DNA of 64,000 nt from the human T2T-CHM13v2.0 reference genome, Homo sapiens (GCF_009914755.1 NC_060939.1); one strand, 5' to 3'; shown: positions 12,942-29,331, counted from the stretch's first letter. Notes: generated from the letters alone by a model not told the origin. A program made the numbers and translations.

Positions 12942-13713
12942 TTATGATTTGCATTAAAACTATATTAAGAGACAACTTGGAAGTTAATTATCAGGATAGT
13001 ATCACTTCTGGTGATTTAAAAATTTCCAAGCAAATTTATCCTGAACAGCTCTGAATACGTAAAAATTTAGATTAGATTACAATATAGTAAAATATTAGTA
13101 CTACAATAGTAAAAAATTGAGAAAACCCAAGTGTGTAGTAACAGGAAGTGACTATTTAAACTATGGTATAATCACATTATGCAGTCAGTAATGAGCAAAA
13201 GACAAAATCCTATGAATTGAAAAAGACTGAAATGAATATTTGGAAAAATTAACTCCAGGTGCCTTTGGGTATATATTTTATTTATCCTTTCTCCTTTATT
13301 CTCCTGGTCTACTCATCCTTTAACTCAACTTTGGGAGGAAAAAGTGATACAGATTAAGGACAAAAGAAAAAAAGACCCCCTGCCCCAACCAACTGGCCCC
13401 AAATGCAAACAACTACATACCTAATAGCAGTAATACAAAAGTTCAATTTTTATATGAACTAGAATACTTTAAACAAGTAATATGTGCTGTGTATGGAGGA
13501 GGAGAATTATTCTAACATTTCTGCCACCTGCAGTTATTTTAAGAGAATGATTTATCCTGTGGCATTCCTAAAATCTATGTAATAAAAGCTATGTTTTAAT
13601 GACACTTATGTTAGTTTGAGTTCTAAAAAACGAAATACAAGCTCATAAAGTGCAATCTTGAAGTTTATTTGAATAATCAGGCATCTATAAAACATATATA
13701 CACTAGTTCATAG

Positions 13714-14079
<366 letters not shown>

Positions 14080-14129
14080 TTATATAATATAAAATGCATT
14101 TTAATAGTTATTTAGAAAGTTCTTTCCAG

Positions 14130-14449
<320 letters not shown>

Positions 14450-16249
14450 TTCCAGAATGTTAGCAGAGAACATCACACATCCCAAACCAGTAATTACAAT
14501 TTTCTACCTTTTGATATTCTAATATCCCAACATACTATTTTTATTACCAAAATGCTGGCATTTTTGGTGCTGCAACACCATTTATCTGAAATAACTTAAA
14601 AGTTTTATTAGAATTCTTGGCTTTCTCCAATCTCTTGCCACTTCCCTTCCCTGCCCCTTTACAAATCCACCAGTCAGCAAGAGAAAACAAAAAAGAAACA
14701 CACAACAACAGAAAACTGGACATGAAACTTGCAGGAGCATCTCTCAGGTAAGGAGGAGAGGAATCAGACCCCAGTTCATGATACTCCTTTTGGGGAGGCT
14801 GACAAGAGAAAACAAGTCTGCTGTAGCACAGAACCCTCCAACATAGCAGAAAAGCTGCCCTGCAGTGGGTGGTAATAAAGCCTCCTCACACTGCAGGAGG
14901 GCTCTGAAGCTTAACTGAACCAGCTACACCTAAGGAGGTAGACCAAAGAGCACCACCGAAGAACAGAGACAGACCCTGCAGGAAGTGGCAGATCAGCAGT
15001 GGTCACAATGACCAGTCTGGCTATATTATTACGGAGCTGTTTCTTTGGACTTTTAAACGAAACCTTTAAAAATTTTATACAATGAAAACAGGGAACAAAA
15101 TGCATCTCTATTCCTATAAGTGTTATGTGTGTTACATTAACATTTTGAATTAAACAAGAATGCATATATTTAGAAAGCTGAAGAAAACACGAAGAAGCTT
15201 CCAGGTTTCCACATAAAAGTGGTGGCTGTATCGATCACATCCTACTCACATCTCTAAAAATCTACCCGGATCAAAAAGGGGAAAATAAAAAAAAAAACCT
15301 ATGACTTAGGTCTAGAGTAAAACTAGGAGACAGAACAATAAACTCCAAATACCAAAGAAGTGGGGAAATGAGCAGGGTCCAGCAGGAGCTACATCGAAGA
15401 GTGGCTTGTGCGGAATCATACTGATTAGGGATCACCCAAGGCCAGACCCCACCCCCTCCACCACCTGCCCCTCAACAGAGCACTACTGAGGGTAGGTTAG
15501 AGCACTGGCAACAGGGTGGTTAAAGGAAGGACTACAGAAAAGTACTTGGGTCCAGCAATGGCAGGCTCAGGAAGGCACCATGCACGAAAGGAAGGGGGGT
15601 ACCTTCAAAAGCAGAAGTGTCCCTTAAGCGGCTGTAAAGGGGTGGAAGCAGCTAATGAAAAAGAGTCTTCATTAAGCTACATGGAGCTGAAAAATCAGAA
15701 AGTGGTGATTCTGCCCTTACTAAAGCAACAGAAGAGGGATCCCTTCAACCAAGACCCCTAAAGCCACACAATTCCTCCCTGCTCCACCATGAGGTCTAGT
15801 AATAACAGGTCCAGAAAAAAGTAACATCTGTTATAGAAACATAAACAAGAAAAACAGAATTTGGAAGTCTAAATAAAGTTATTATGGGAAGAGTCTGGCG
15901 AATGAGAAGCAAAACTTTCCGGTAGACAAAAGTAGACCAGAAAAATTCAGTCATAAACAATGGGAAACTAGTAACACCACATTACAACACAAAAGGAGAA
16001 TGCAGCAGCAGACAAGACAGACCACCAGTGATGAGAAATACAAATTCAGAAAGAAATGAGCACATCTTAAATAAAAATAAGAATACTAAAAAATACTGAA
16101 GAAATATGCAAGGTAACTTTGGAAATAAAGGCTAATTTTATTATAAGGTGACCAAAGAAGAAGCAGTATGACTAAAATTTCTACTGAGGACAGACTCTAG
16201 AAAATTAAAAAACAAAGAAAATGAATAAAATAAACATAACTAAAGAAAT

Positions 16250-16975
16250 GCATATCAAAGCATAATAACGAAAAAGATTAATAGCTAACTACATAAACAT
16301 AAAACCTTTCATTTGGCAAAAAAATCCTATAAGCAAGGTTAAAAGACAAATGACAAACTGGGAAAAAATATTTGCGAATTTACCAGCGTTAAAGGACTAA
16401 TCTCCTTAACATATAAAGTTTCTAAAAGTGAAGAAAACGACCAGCTGAGCAGCAAAATGAGCAAAAGACTATATAAAACTATAAACAGCTCTACAAGAAA
16501 AAATGTCCATTATCATTCATAATTGAGGTAAGCTCAAAAATTGTAACTATAGTAAAATACCATTTCTCAATTGGCAAATAAGTAAACATCCACATTTAAC
16601 AACACATTCTGTTTGGAAAGTTTTAAGAAAAGAGATACTGTTGTAAACTGCTGGTGGGAATGCAAAATGTTATTTTTCTGTGAAGGAGGATTTGGCAGTA
16701 TCTAGCAAAATTACACATGCATCTACCATTTGATGCAACAATCCCACTTCTAACAATTTATCTTAATGATACTTTACATATGTACGGAATAATGCATGAA
16801 CATTAAGAGGATTCACTGTGACATTAGTACTAACAGCAAAAGGTTAAAAATAACCTCGATGCCCATAAATATTGATAAGCTATGCTGCATCCACACAAAG
16901 GAGCAGTATTCAGTCATACAAAACAAAATGGAAAACACCTCTGCAATAATGTGGGATGATTCTCAGGATACACTA
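16250..16975 (+). mobile_element. Old L1 (L1ME-like) ORF2 3' part
   Basis: aaaagacaaatgacaaactgggaaaaaatatttgc, ctgctggtgggaatgcaaaatg, gcaacaatcccacttct. Confidence 0.8.
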
Positions 16976-18211
16976 GGAAGATTATTTTCCTAGTTCTGTC
17001 CTCTGATAAGGCCTACAAGCAGTAACGTTCAAAAGCAAAGGCCATACTTTGCATCTAAAATCTGACTTCTAAATGCCATTCTCCAACAATTTATTGGAAA
17101 AATAACTTATTCCAGGCCTGAGAATGAATGTTCGAGATTAGTTAGAAATCTCAAAATCTAATAGGGTCATTTTAAAAGCACACGATAGCTAAGCAATTTG
17201 AATATCATTTAGAGTAATGACTGTGAAACGTATTAAATACAAAAACATTCATTAGTTCGTAATATTCAAAAAGGCAGCAAAAACCAACCAAAAAACAAAA
17301 TTAAATTGTCACTATTAAAATTATTACATTAACTCCTTACTCTAAAAACCTTAAATCTATTTTATCATGCCTTTTCTGTAGAACTGTTTTTCAAGGTAAT
17401 CAAATGGCACCCAATGATGAGAAAAAAGAATGCCAGGTATATATGTAGGACAAGCAGATGGAAATTTTTTTTCCCCAAACAGCCATTTTGCAATCCCCAA
17501 TGAGATAACAGATTAAGGTAATGATACTGATAAATACGAAAATCAGGTGAAGGGCAGGTAGCAGGTTCTGGAAAGATGATGATGGCAACGACATAGTTAT
17601 TATTATTATTATTTTTTGTTTTATTCCCTCCCAACCTCCCCTACAAAAACAGCAAACTGAATGAGAAAACCAAAGACCCAGAGACATTATCTACAACAAA
17701 ACCATGAACCATTGCATATAATTGGACAGAAACAAAGCTCTGACAACTACAAGACTGGTTAGTAAGGAAGCAGATGCAAGGTAACTGACTGGGTTTCTGA
17801 CAGCCCTGAGAACACTGCCAACCCACTGGAAAGCACAGGCCAATCTGAAAACAGGGCTTAAAGTTTTAAAAAGTTCTACAGGATCTAATTTGCAGATGAT
17901 TACAAAGGGATCATGATGTAGTAAGCTCTGGGCCCTTAAAACACCCGAATACCAAACCCCCACCAGAAACAAACCTTGTACCGAGGAAAAACTTCTGGGA
18001 ATAACTTCCAAATGGACCAGGTCAGTAATAAAAACCAAAAAAAAGTTCAAATATATGTGTGGGATAGAGGAGTAAAGAAGGCAGTTTCAGAAAGCACAAG
18101 GGCATATTTTTGACCATTTTACAAAAACACAGACTTCTCCTCGTCCCTAAAAAGCGAAAAAAGTTATCCTGGCCCATCTCTCCCTCGTCCAAGTATGAGA
18201 AACTCATTTCA

Positions 18212-18213
<2 letters not shown>

Positions 18214-18253
<40 letters not shown>
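18214..18253. repeat. (CA)20 microsatellite
   Basis: Direct reading. Confidence 0.97.
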
Positions 18254-18255
<2 letters not shown>

Positions 18256-20080
18256 TAAATAAATAACAGAACAGAGTGAAACAGTGTAATTATTAGAGAA
18301 AAAGTATGTGCATATACATGAGAATGGTGTCCCTACAGAAAATCAAAGTACATGAAACAATATGCAAATAAAACATGAAAACTGTAAACAAATTTCAAAC
18401 TGAGCTAAAAAGAATTTAAAAAATAACAAATCATTAGAAATGGGAAATTTCTGAATGAGGGTAACTGAAAAAAAGGAAGACATGACACAACTAAGGAGTA
18501 ATTAGAAATGCAAGGAAAAAAATCCCATCAAATACAAAGAAACTAAAACTAAACTAGAAGAAACATAAAGGTGAATAAAACAGAACAATAATACCAGAAC
18601 CTGAAGGCAGAAGAAAAATCTTAAAATCAAAAAGAAACAAACCCATGCTTGAGACTCTCCTTGCTGGTCCAGAGCCACAGTGCTGCTGTGTACTGGCAGG
18701 AGGAATTCTGCTATAATTGGTCCTGGCAGTGTTCACCTTTCCTGCAAGTGTTCCACAGCCCAGGGACACAATGTGGTCAGGAGCACTGCCAGGAACACCA
18801 GCAAGGGGGAGCCTGCCACAACAGGCACAAGGCTCAGGAAGCACTCTCCAGCCCACGAAAATCTAGTGGGGGTCCTCTTCCCTCACCCAAACACACTCTG
18901 CGCAGCTCAGCCTGGAGAAGGCCCCTCAAGCAGCACTACTAGGAACCAGTGCGAGCCCCAGTGGACTGAGATAAAAGCAACAAACCAAAACAGCACCATA
19001 AAGCCTCTGAAAAATGGTCACTGGAACCACAGCTCACAAATATATGCTAGTACCTACATGCTATACCTTAACAGGTTACTACTGAAGTTAAAATTTTTAA
19101 AAAGTACAGTCTCCTGATATAATAACTAAAATGTCCGAGACACAATCCAAAAATTATCTGTCATACCAAGAACCAGGAAAATTACATGAAGGAAAGAAAA
19201 CGCCAACACTGGGATGAGTAAGATGCTGAAATTATCTGGCAAGGATCTTAATGCTGCCATCAGAGAAATGATTTGACAAGCAATTACAAGTTCTACTGTT
19301 TCAAAAACGAAACAATAGAAAATCTCAGCAAGGAAACAAGTTACAAGGAAAAAAAAGCAAATGGAAATTATAGACCTAAAAAATACAATAGGAGAAAAAT
19401 AATCATTAGATGGGCTCAACAGTAGAGTGAAGATGACAAAGGAGAGAAATCTGAACAAAAGAGAGAAAATAGACTGAAAAATGAACCATGCCTCAGGTCC
19501 ATGTGGAACAGTAACAAATGACTCAACATTTGTATCATTAGAGGCCTAGAATGGAGAAAAGAGTGACGCTGAAAGAACACCTGAAGAAATAATGGTTGAA
19601 AATTTTCCATGTTTGGCAAAAGACACAAACTTACAGCTTCAAGAAGCTGAGCGAACCCCAAATAGCACAAATAAAACTATTCTTTGGGAATAAAGGGAAA
19701 ATAAAGTCATCTTCAGAAAGAGAAAAACAAAAAGAATTTCTCACTAGCAGAACTGCCTTTGAAGACTGGCTAATGGAAGTAATAAAAGATGGAATCTTGG
19801 AAAAAATAATGGAAATAGCAGAAACATGGGTACATACAACAGAGCATCACTCCCTTGATAAGTTCTATAAGTCATATTGGATAACTGATACAAAAACTGT
19901 AATAGCATTAATCCTCAAAACAATACTATTTAAAAGTGGGGAAAGAGACCCAACTGAAATTAAGGTTTCCATATCTCATTCCATGTAATGGTATTGATGG
20001 CAGTGAATGGTGGTAAGTCACATTATCTATAATGTGATACCCACAATGACCGTGAAAACAACTATAAAAAACACATAGAA

Positions 20081-20446
<366 letters not shown>

Positions 20447-22175
20447 TCATGGAAGGCAATAAATAAATAACCATAAACAGAAGACAGAAACAGAAAACAA
20501 ATAATAAAATGGCAGACCTCTCCCTAACATATCAATAATTACCTTAAATATAAATGGTCTAAATAAAAAAATTAAAAGGCAGAGACTAACAGTTTTTATT
20601 AAAATGACAACTATATGCTGTTTACAAGAGATTCGTTTCAAATTCAGCAACACAGGATGAAAGTAAAATGATAGTAAAAGACAGATCATGCAAACATTAA
20701 TTTAAAAAAAAACAAATGGTTACACTCATATCAGATTCAGAGCAAAGAAAATCGCAAAACAGAAAAAACTTATATAATGATAAAGGACCAATCACCAAGA
20801 CATAGTAATTCTAAATGGGTATGAACCAAATGATAGAGCCTCAAAATAAATGAAACAAAACCTGATAAACAGATAAATCTCAGAAGCAGACCTATATAAA
20901 TATTCTCAAGTGATTTTTAACGTATGTGAAAAAAACAATTCAATGAAGGAAGAACATACCTAGAAAATACATAAGGAACCCTTAAAACTCAACAGTAAAA
21001 AACCAAATGGACTCTTGGTTTTTAATCCCAGAGAAATACAAACTTTTTGTTTACAAGTAACATCACAGTTAATGGTAAATATTATAGTCTCTCTCAATAA
21101 AATGAGGAATAAAGTAAGAATACCTTCTACCAAAGGTTCTAGCCAGTGCAATAGAGGAACAGTAATAAATAACATAAACATTGGAAAGAAAGAAACCTGT
21201 CTTGATTTGTAGATGACATAGCTGTTTACTAGAAAACCCTATGAAATCTACTAAATAACTACTAGAATAAGTCAATTTAGAAAGGTTATAGGATATAAGA
21301 TCAATATATAAAAATCGATTTTATTTCAAGATAGTAATAAACAAGTGAAAAGCAGTATTTAAAAAATACCACTAATAGCATTAGAAACATATTTTAAGTT
21401 TATTCCTAACCAAAGAGTACATGATTTCAACATTAAAAACTATAAAACAGTGCTGAGATAAACTAACAAACATCTAAATAAATGGAGAGACGTACGGTGT
21501 TCAAGGATTGGAAGAATATATTGTTAAAATGTGAATTCTCTCCAAATTGACCTGCCCCAGTCAAGGCAACCCAAATCAAAATCTCTGCAGGCTTTGCCCT
21601 TTTGTTTGTAAAAATTAACTGATTCTAATATTTATATGCAAATAAAAGTCAAAGCAACCTAATGAAAAAGTTGTGGGACTCACAGCATCTGATTTGAAGC
21701 TGCAGTAACCATAACAGTGTCATTTTGGCAAAAGGACAAAACAAATTAATAGAACAGAATGGAGAATCCAGAAACACGGCTCACACACAGATTGATTTTC
21801 AACAAAGGTGCAAAGGCAATTCAATGGGGAAAGAAAAGTCTCTTTAACAAATGGTACTGGAACAAATAAATAAAACTATTTAGAAAATGAATGACATCCA
21901 CTGTCTAACAGCATCACAAAATTTTATTGGTGGTGGATCACAGATTTACACATAAAAGTTAAACCTATATTACACAATTAGAAGAAAACATAAGATATTT
22001 GTGGCTTTGGGCTAGGCAAAGATATAAAAGGACATAAAAAACCATAAAAGAAAAAATAAATTAGACCTCAAAAAATGAATAATTTCTGCTCACCAGAAGA
22101 CACTTAAGAAAATGAAAACTTGGAGAAAATAATCATAAACTACTTATCAGAAATGGGCCTTTTATATAGAATATA

Positions 22176-23146
22176 CAGTATTCCCCACTTACCCATGGGG
22201 AATACGTTCCAAGACCTCCAGTGATGTCTGAAATTGCAAATAGTACTGAACCCTGTATATACTATGCATGATTTATTTTTCCTTCTTCACAATTTCATAG
22301 ATACAATACTCATTTTTACCATAGATTTTAGCAACCTCAACATATGATTTTTAAATTCTTTCCTTAAAGGAAGCACTTTCCAGCTTCTCTTTGGCATATA
22401 TATTCGAATTTCCAACATCACTGCTCTTGTGCTTTAGGGCCATTATTAAGTAAAATAAGGGTTACTTGAACACAAGCATGTGATACTGCAACAGTCGATC
22501 TGATAACCAGTAGACTAAAAGTGGTGGGTAGTCTAGACAACAACGATATACTGGAAAAAGGGATAATTCATGCCCTGGGTGGAAAGGTGGGAGATTTCAC
22601 CATGTTACTCAGAATAGCATGTAATTTAAAACTTAAGAGTTGTTGGCTGGGTGCAGTGGCTCACGCCTGTAATCCCAGCACTTTGGAAGGCTGAAGTGGA
22701 AGAATTGCTAGAGTCCAGGGGTTTGAAACCAGCCTGGGCAACATAGTGAGACCCTGTTTCTACAAAAAAATAACCAACTAAAAATTAGCTGCACACCTGT
22801 AGTACCAGCTACTCAGAGGGCTGACGTAAGAAGATTGCATGAGCCCAGATACTCAGAGGACTGAGGTAAGAAGATTGCATGAGCCCAGGAGTTTCAGTTT
22901 ATAACAATCTGTAGTCATGCTACTGCACTCCAGCCTGGATGACAGAGACTTTGTCTCTTTAAAAAAAAAAAAAACCAACGAACCAACCAACCAACTCTCC
23001 CTGCCCTGCACCCGCCAACACACACATACATCAAAAACCCTGAATTATTCATGGAATTTTCTACTTAATAAATATTTTTGGACCACTGCTGACCACAGAT
23101 AACTGAAACCAAAAAAAAGCAAAACTAAGGATAAGACATACTACTA
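22176..23146. mobile_element. MER44-family (Tigger7-derived) DNA transposon, interrupted by AluJ
   Basis: TA-cagtattccccacttaccc...gttccaagacc at one end, taactgaaacc...ggataag..tacta at the other. Confidence 0.75.
22645..22974 (+). mobile_element. AluJ with internal ~40-bp tandem duplication
   Basis: gcaacatagtgagaccc; actcagagg..ctga.gtaagaagattgcatgagcccag twice. Confidence 0.9.
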
Positions 23147-24047
23147 TATTTTAAGAAAATATCTATAGTCAATAGAAATACAAAAATCCAATATTAAAAA
23201 TGAGGAAAAGACACTTTTAGTTAAATATGCACCTGCTATATGCTTTGGAAACTCCACTCCTACATGTTTGCCCAGGAGAAATAAAACATTTCCACAATAA
23301 GACTACACAGCTTTATTCACAATAGTTCCAAACTGGAAACAATCCAACTGTCCACCAACAGGTAAAAAAAAAACACTTTGCGTATTCATATAATGCAACA
23401 CTACTCTATAATTTTTTAAAAGGCACTATAAATCAATGCAATAACATGGATGAATCTAAAGAGTCTTCATGCAGTACAAGTACATAAGATTCCATTCATA
23501 AGAAATTCTAGAGCAGACAAAAGTAAGCTACAGTGACAGTAATTAGGACAGTTATTGTCTGTTCTAATGGGGGATGGAGATTCACTGGAAGGGAAAACAT
23601 GGGAACTCTGTGCTGATGGACATAGTCTACACCTTGACTGAAATATGGTTACATAAATGTAATTTTTAAAAACTAACCCAATTAAGCCCTGGGTATTTCA
23701 CTGTATTCAAATTTTACCCCACACAACATCGACACCACCATTATTACCACCACATTGATAACATTCAGAGAGCAGTTAGGGAATCACATTATTTTGAAAA
23801 TTAGTAAGTAATGGGAAAGAATTAAGCATTATCGTATATGATATGTACATATTTATATACATGTATACAGATCCTATATGTGGATCTGTAATTTAGGGTA
23901 GTCATAGAGTTGATGAGAAAGAGTTTTTCTTAAGAAGTATTACAGGTAATAAAGGAAGGAGGAATAAAGAATTCGAGTATCACAATTTTGTAACCCTCAA
24001 TGAATTAGCAGATCTAGGCAATCAGAATCCACGATAAAAATTACTAG

Positions 24048-24530
<483 letters not shown>

Positions 24531-24573
24531 TAATTTTTGTTTCAAAGGTTTGATTCAGATTCAGAGTTGATTT

Positions 24574-24871
24574 TGCTAGGTATGGTGGCTCACGCCTGTA
24601 ATCCCAGCACTTTGGGAGGCCGAGGCGGGCGGATCACCAGAGGTCAGGAGTTTGAGACCAGCCTGGCCAACATGGCAAAACCCTTATCTCTACTAAAAAT
24701 ACAAACATTAGCCAGGTGTAGTGGTGTGCACCTGTAACCCCAGCTACTCAGGAGGCTGAGGCAGGAGAATCACTTGAACCCAGGAAGCGGAGGTTGCAGT
24801 GAACTGAGACTGCGCCACTGCACTCCAGCCTCAGTGACAGAGCAAGACTGTTTAAACAAACAAACAAAAAA
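24574..24871 (+). mobile_element. AluS
   Basis: Full dimer. Confidence 0.95.
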
Positions 24872-25008
24872 TTAACAAAATCTTATTTCTAGTGGTTTAC
24901 ATATTAATGATGCTGGCAACTTTTAGTTGAAATGTATTAAACAGCCTCGCAGTTTTTATTTTTATGAATTCTGCATACAATAAATAAATACCAACCAAAA
25001 TATCTATA

Positions 25009-25322
25009 CAGGCATACCCCAGAGATACTGCCGGTTCAGTTTCAGACCATGGCAAATAAAGTGATTATGGCAGTAAAGTGAGTCACACAAATTTTTTTGT
25101 TTCCCAGTGCTTATAAAAGTTACGTTTACATTATACTGTAGTCAAGTGTGTAACAGCATTGTCTAAAAATAAGTACATTATCTTAATTTAAAATCATTGC
25201 TAAAAATGCTAATGAAGTGAGCACATTTTGTTGGAAAAATGGTGCTGGTAGACCTGCTTGATGCAGGGTTGCCACCAAAAAAACTCAGTATCTGCAAAGT
25301 GCAATAAAGTGAGATACGCCTG
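25009..25322 (-). mobile_element. Internally deleted Tigger1 with both TIRs
   Basis: TA-caggcatacccc...gagatacgcctg-TA; both Tigger1 termini recognisable. Confidence 0.85.
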
Positions 25323-26003
25323 TAATGTCTTTTTTCTCTTCTGTTATTACAAGCACTACTTTAAGTCTTCAACTACCGAATACTTGTAGACTATTTAATG
25401 AATTAATATTTTCATCATATTTATATTGAGAAAATTAAGAAGCTGAATTTAGTTAGAAAAGGTTTAGAATATCATCAACTCTTGAGGATGAGTTGGAAGC
25501 TACTTTATCTGTCATTTTTCACATAACACTAGTTTGCCCTTCAAATCATACATTTAAAAATGATCTTAAGATACATACCAAGTAGGGATTATGTTGTTAT
25601 AAAAAGCTAGAAGTAAAATTAAGACTTTAATTTCAAAGATAATTTCTCTATAAAGAATAGCACAAGATATGTTCAACTATTCTCAGAGATGCATCAAGAT
25701 ATGACTTTTTTTCCTACTAGAAATTATATCTATGATCAATCATATTACAGAGATATTGCTGTTATACTCCTTGTGACTGATGAGGGGGGTTTTTCCTATC
25801 ACCATGTTATCCCAACCCTTTAATGAATCACCTTTGAAACTCAGAACAGGTAGCAGCACAGAGGTTGCTAAGAGTAAATACATTCACCACTGCTGCCAGA
25901 AATGACCAACGGTGCACCAGAAAGAAGAAATACTGGTGAATTCCCACATACCACGACGAACAACCTTATAAAATAACAGAACAAATGAATATAAAGTAAC
26001 ATA

Positions 26004-26240
26004 CAGCCATCCCTTGGTATATGTGACAGGGATTGGTTCCAGGACCACGTGTGTATACCAAAATCCATGCACGCTCAAGTTCTGCAGTTGGCCCTGTGAA
26101 ACTGGCATGTATGAAAGTCAGCCCTCTGTATATGCAGGTTCTGAGTCCCACCAATACTGAATCTGCTCTTAGTTGAGAAAAAAAATCTGCATGTCAGAGG
26201 GCCCATGAAGTTCACAGCTGTGTTGTTCAAGGGTCAACTG
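26004..26240 (+). mobile_element. MER8 (Tigger-type MITE)
   Basis: TA-cagccatcccttgg...ggattggttccaggacc...gttgttcaagggtcaactg-TA. Confidence 0.85.
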
Positions 26241-27013
26241 TAATATAAAAATAACATTTATTGCTAGATAGAGTTGATATTCATTCTAGTGTTTATATAC
26301 TTGAGTCTTAGAGCAATAGCCTTTGGAGACAACTTCCAGGAAGGTACGTGTTTGCATGCCTTCTCACTGCAATCCATCAGTAGCTGCCACTTGAACCAGT
26401 CTTAGCAGGGGATGGGGAAGCCTATGTCTTTCAGAATTGGATGATGTAGTACACAGAAGTAGACAGTAGAGTAGTAAGGGCATTTGCTTAAAAGCAGATA
26501 GAACTGGGAACCTCTACATCTTTCTGTGAGAATTCAGGGCTTAGTTTTTTAAGGTGTAAAATGGAAATACTAGTATGTATCTGGACATATTATCTTAAGA
26601 ATTAAATAAAAGACTACCATTTCACTCAAAAAGTGCTTGATCCTGGGAAGCCATGTAACAGTTCACAAATGCAGAGTTCAAAAGAAAGGAAAAATTGCAG
26701 ACATGGTAGCCTTATTTTAATTATCTTCTAACCAGCAGTAAGCATACTCTAACCAGTGAGGAATACTAGATAATCCATACGCCAAATGCAGGAGATTACA
26801 TGAGACTTATATATAACAACACTTCATTCATGAAATAAATCACAAGATTAGCTCTGAAAAATGGTGATTATATTACAAATACAAATCTAAGTATATAGAT
26901 GACAATTTGTGAGTTTGCTTATTTGGGAATTAGTACCTAGAGATAAAGGTCTGAAGCAAAATCACACACCCCTTTGGTGAATCAAATCTTCCTCTGAAGA
27001 ACTAAGTACCTCA

Positions 27014-27115
<102 letters not shown>

Positions 27116-27141
27116 TTATCTGCTATACTACTGTATCATTA

Positions 27142-27357
<216 letters not shown>

Positions 27358-27448
27358 TTAATCACAAGAACTTCTTATAATATGCTATGCAAACAAAACA
27401 CAAGTTATTGGGCTGCATAGCTTTTTAATTTTTCCAAGAAAAAAACAT

Positions 27449-27674
27449 TCAAGAATATTCTTAAAAATTCAATTTTACACCTACTTCTTAACAATTTCAC
27501 AATTCTCTGTTATAGCCAATATTAAGCTATGAAAAGGCCATATACATAAAACTGTCAAGAATATTCTTAAAAATTCAATTTTACACCTACAAAGAAAACT
27601 ACTTCTTACAATTTCACAATTCTCTGTTACAGCCAATATTAAGCTATGAAAAGGCCATATACACAAAACTGTCA
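27449..27674. repeat. Tandem duplication (106 bp + 117 bp)
   Basis: Two near-identical copies starting tcaagaatattc at 27449 and 27555. Confidence 0.95.
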
Positions 27675-28553
27675 TACTTATAAATGTCAATTTCGATAAT
27701 GTATTAAACAGAACTGAATATAAATGCTGGAGACGCAGAAAATTCTTTAGGTTCTCTCAACTAGGTATGTAAACAGACACATTTAAACCATGTATCCATC
27801 TATTTATAAATGCCAACCGTTTTAAGAGAGTACAATGTATTTGATTTAAGCAAACCAGGAAGTCCCAAGTTTTCTACCATAGAATATTTGGTAAGCTGCC
27901 TACTGTATCCAGTTCAGCAAAAATGTGGAAGTACTGACTGACACATAAACTACTGTATCAAATCATAAAAGGAAAATGTGCTTTGTACCCTTAGTGTGTA
28001 TAATATTTAATCAAAAAATTATATCAATATAAACATGTTTCTTAAAGGTATACTATATATTTGTCATAATTTTTTGCTTGTTATGTTCTGGGTTATTCCC
28101 ATTCCCGATGAACACATTTTAGTCAATAGAAACCCAAATCTGACGTAAAGAATACTTTTCAGAAATGTATTTTTATCACAAACAGGATATACATGTGTAA
28201 ATTAAATGTAATTTTTATTTGTTCTGTGATAAAGACCTTAATCATGAGGTTCCTGCTTACAGCTTAATACAAGAAACACCCTGCTTCTTGCTTTATACTA
28301 CAACCACACTTAGCTATTAACTATCTCCTGCTTCATGTCCTCTTTCTCTAAAAGGGGCTTTAGTGCCCAACTGTGTGCTTTCATACCAACTTATATCCAA
28401 GATTTAGAAAAGTGGACTCTAGCATTTACATAAACTTAGTTACTTGTTTTTTTTTTGTACAGACTATATTAGATACTTCTTTAAAAATTATAAGCATACA
28501 TGCTTTGAAAGTGTTAATGAAGAGACAAAATGTGACATAAAAACATTTATTAC

Positions 28554-28718
28554 CTTCCTGTTTTCATTTGTAATTGGAATTTTATCACCATTTTCCTTTA
28601 GATCATACATCATTGGGTTACCAAAAAGATCTGTCTGTGATATCTGGAAAGTGATCATCATGTCATCTTCCACATTCCCTTCATACTCCAATAAATCTTT
28701 TAAACTCTGATATAGAAC
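28554..28718 (-). CDS. UBE3A: UBE3A HECT exon (165 nt)
   Basis: [19 protein letters not shown]...TNENRK; TAG|GTT and AAG|GTAATA. Confidence 0.98.
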
Positions 28719-29331
28719 CTAGCAACCAGAAATGGTAAATTGAGGCCACCATAGAACTACAAAATACAACAAATAATTTATATCACTCTTCTTAGAAGAC
28801 AACAAAAATCTTATCAATAAAAATTGTAAAAAGTGTAGACAGTATCCCTCCAGTCCCCCAAATAGTTTCCAACCTATAAAAGAAAGATTGTCAGTCACTG
28901 TGATGTCCCATTCTCTGCTGAGAAACCCCATACCACCAATTTAGCAATAGAATTCACACTGTGCTCTATGAGAAATTCTGTGGTGTCTCAAGGTAGGGGT
29001 GGGGGTGGTAGGAGCAGGCACACTCGTTGTAACTACCAAGACCCTTAGCCAGGGCTACTCTGATTTTTACCTATCTCTTAAGATTTCACTAAAACACAAA
29101 CAAAATGTTTAGAAACACTTCTCTATGAAATCAATCTTACAAAAGCTTCGTGCTGACAGCAATATATAAAAATGTCCCCCTTTGAGTTTTTAAGTGTTTC
29201 TGGTACTTCGGTCAGATTAAAACATTTTTATCTTATTGATAAGAGTATCAACAAAGATTCTAAACAAAAACTTTAAAATTTTGACATAAATTAAATTTTT
29301 GCATTTAAATAAAATCTAAGAGACTGAATTA

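Noticed and set aside
19596-19988. ORFs in L1 regions (also 57118-57854)
   Set aside because: Degenerate L1 ORF1/ORF2 remnants, not host genes.
27449-27674. CRISPR-like repeat array
   Set aside because: Only two adjacent copies with no spacers, in eukaryotic intronic DNA.
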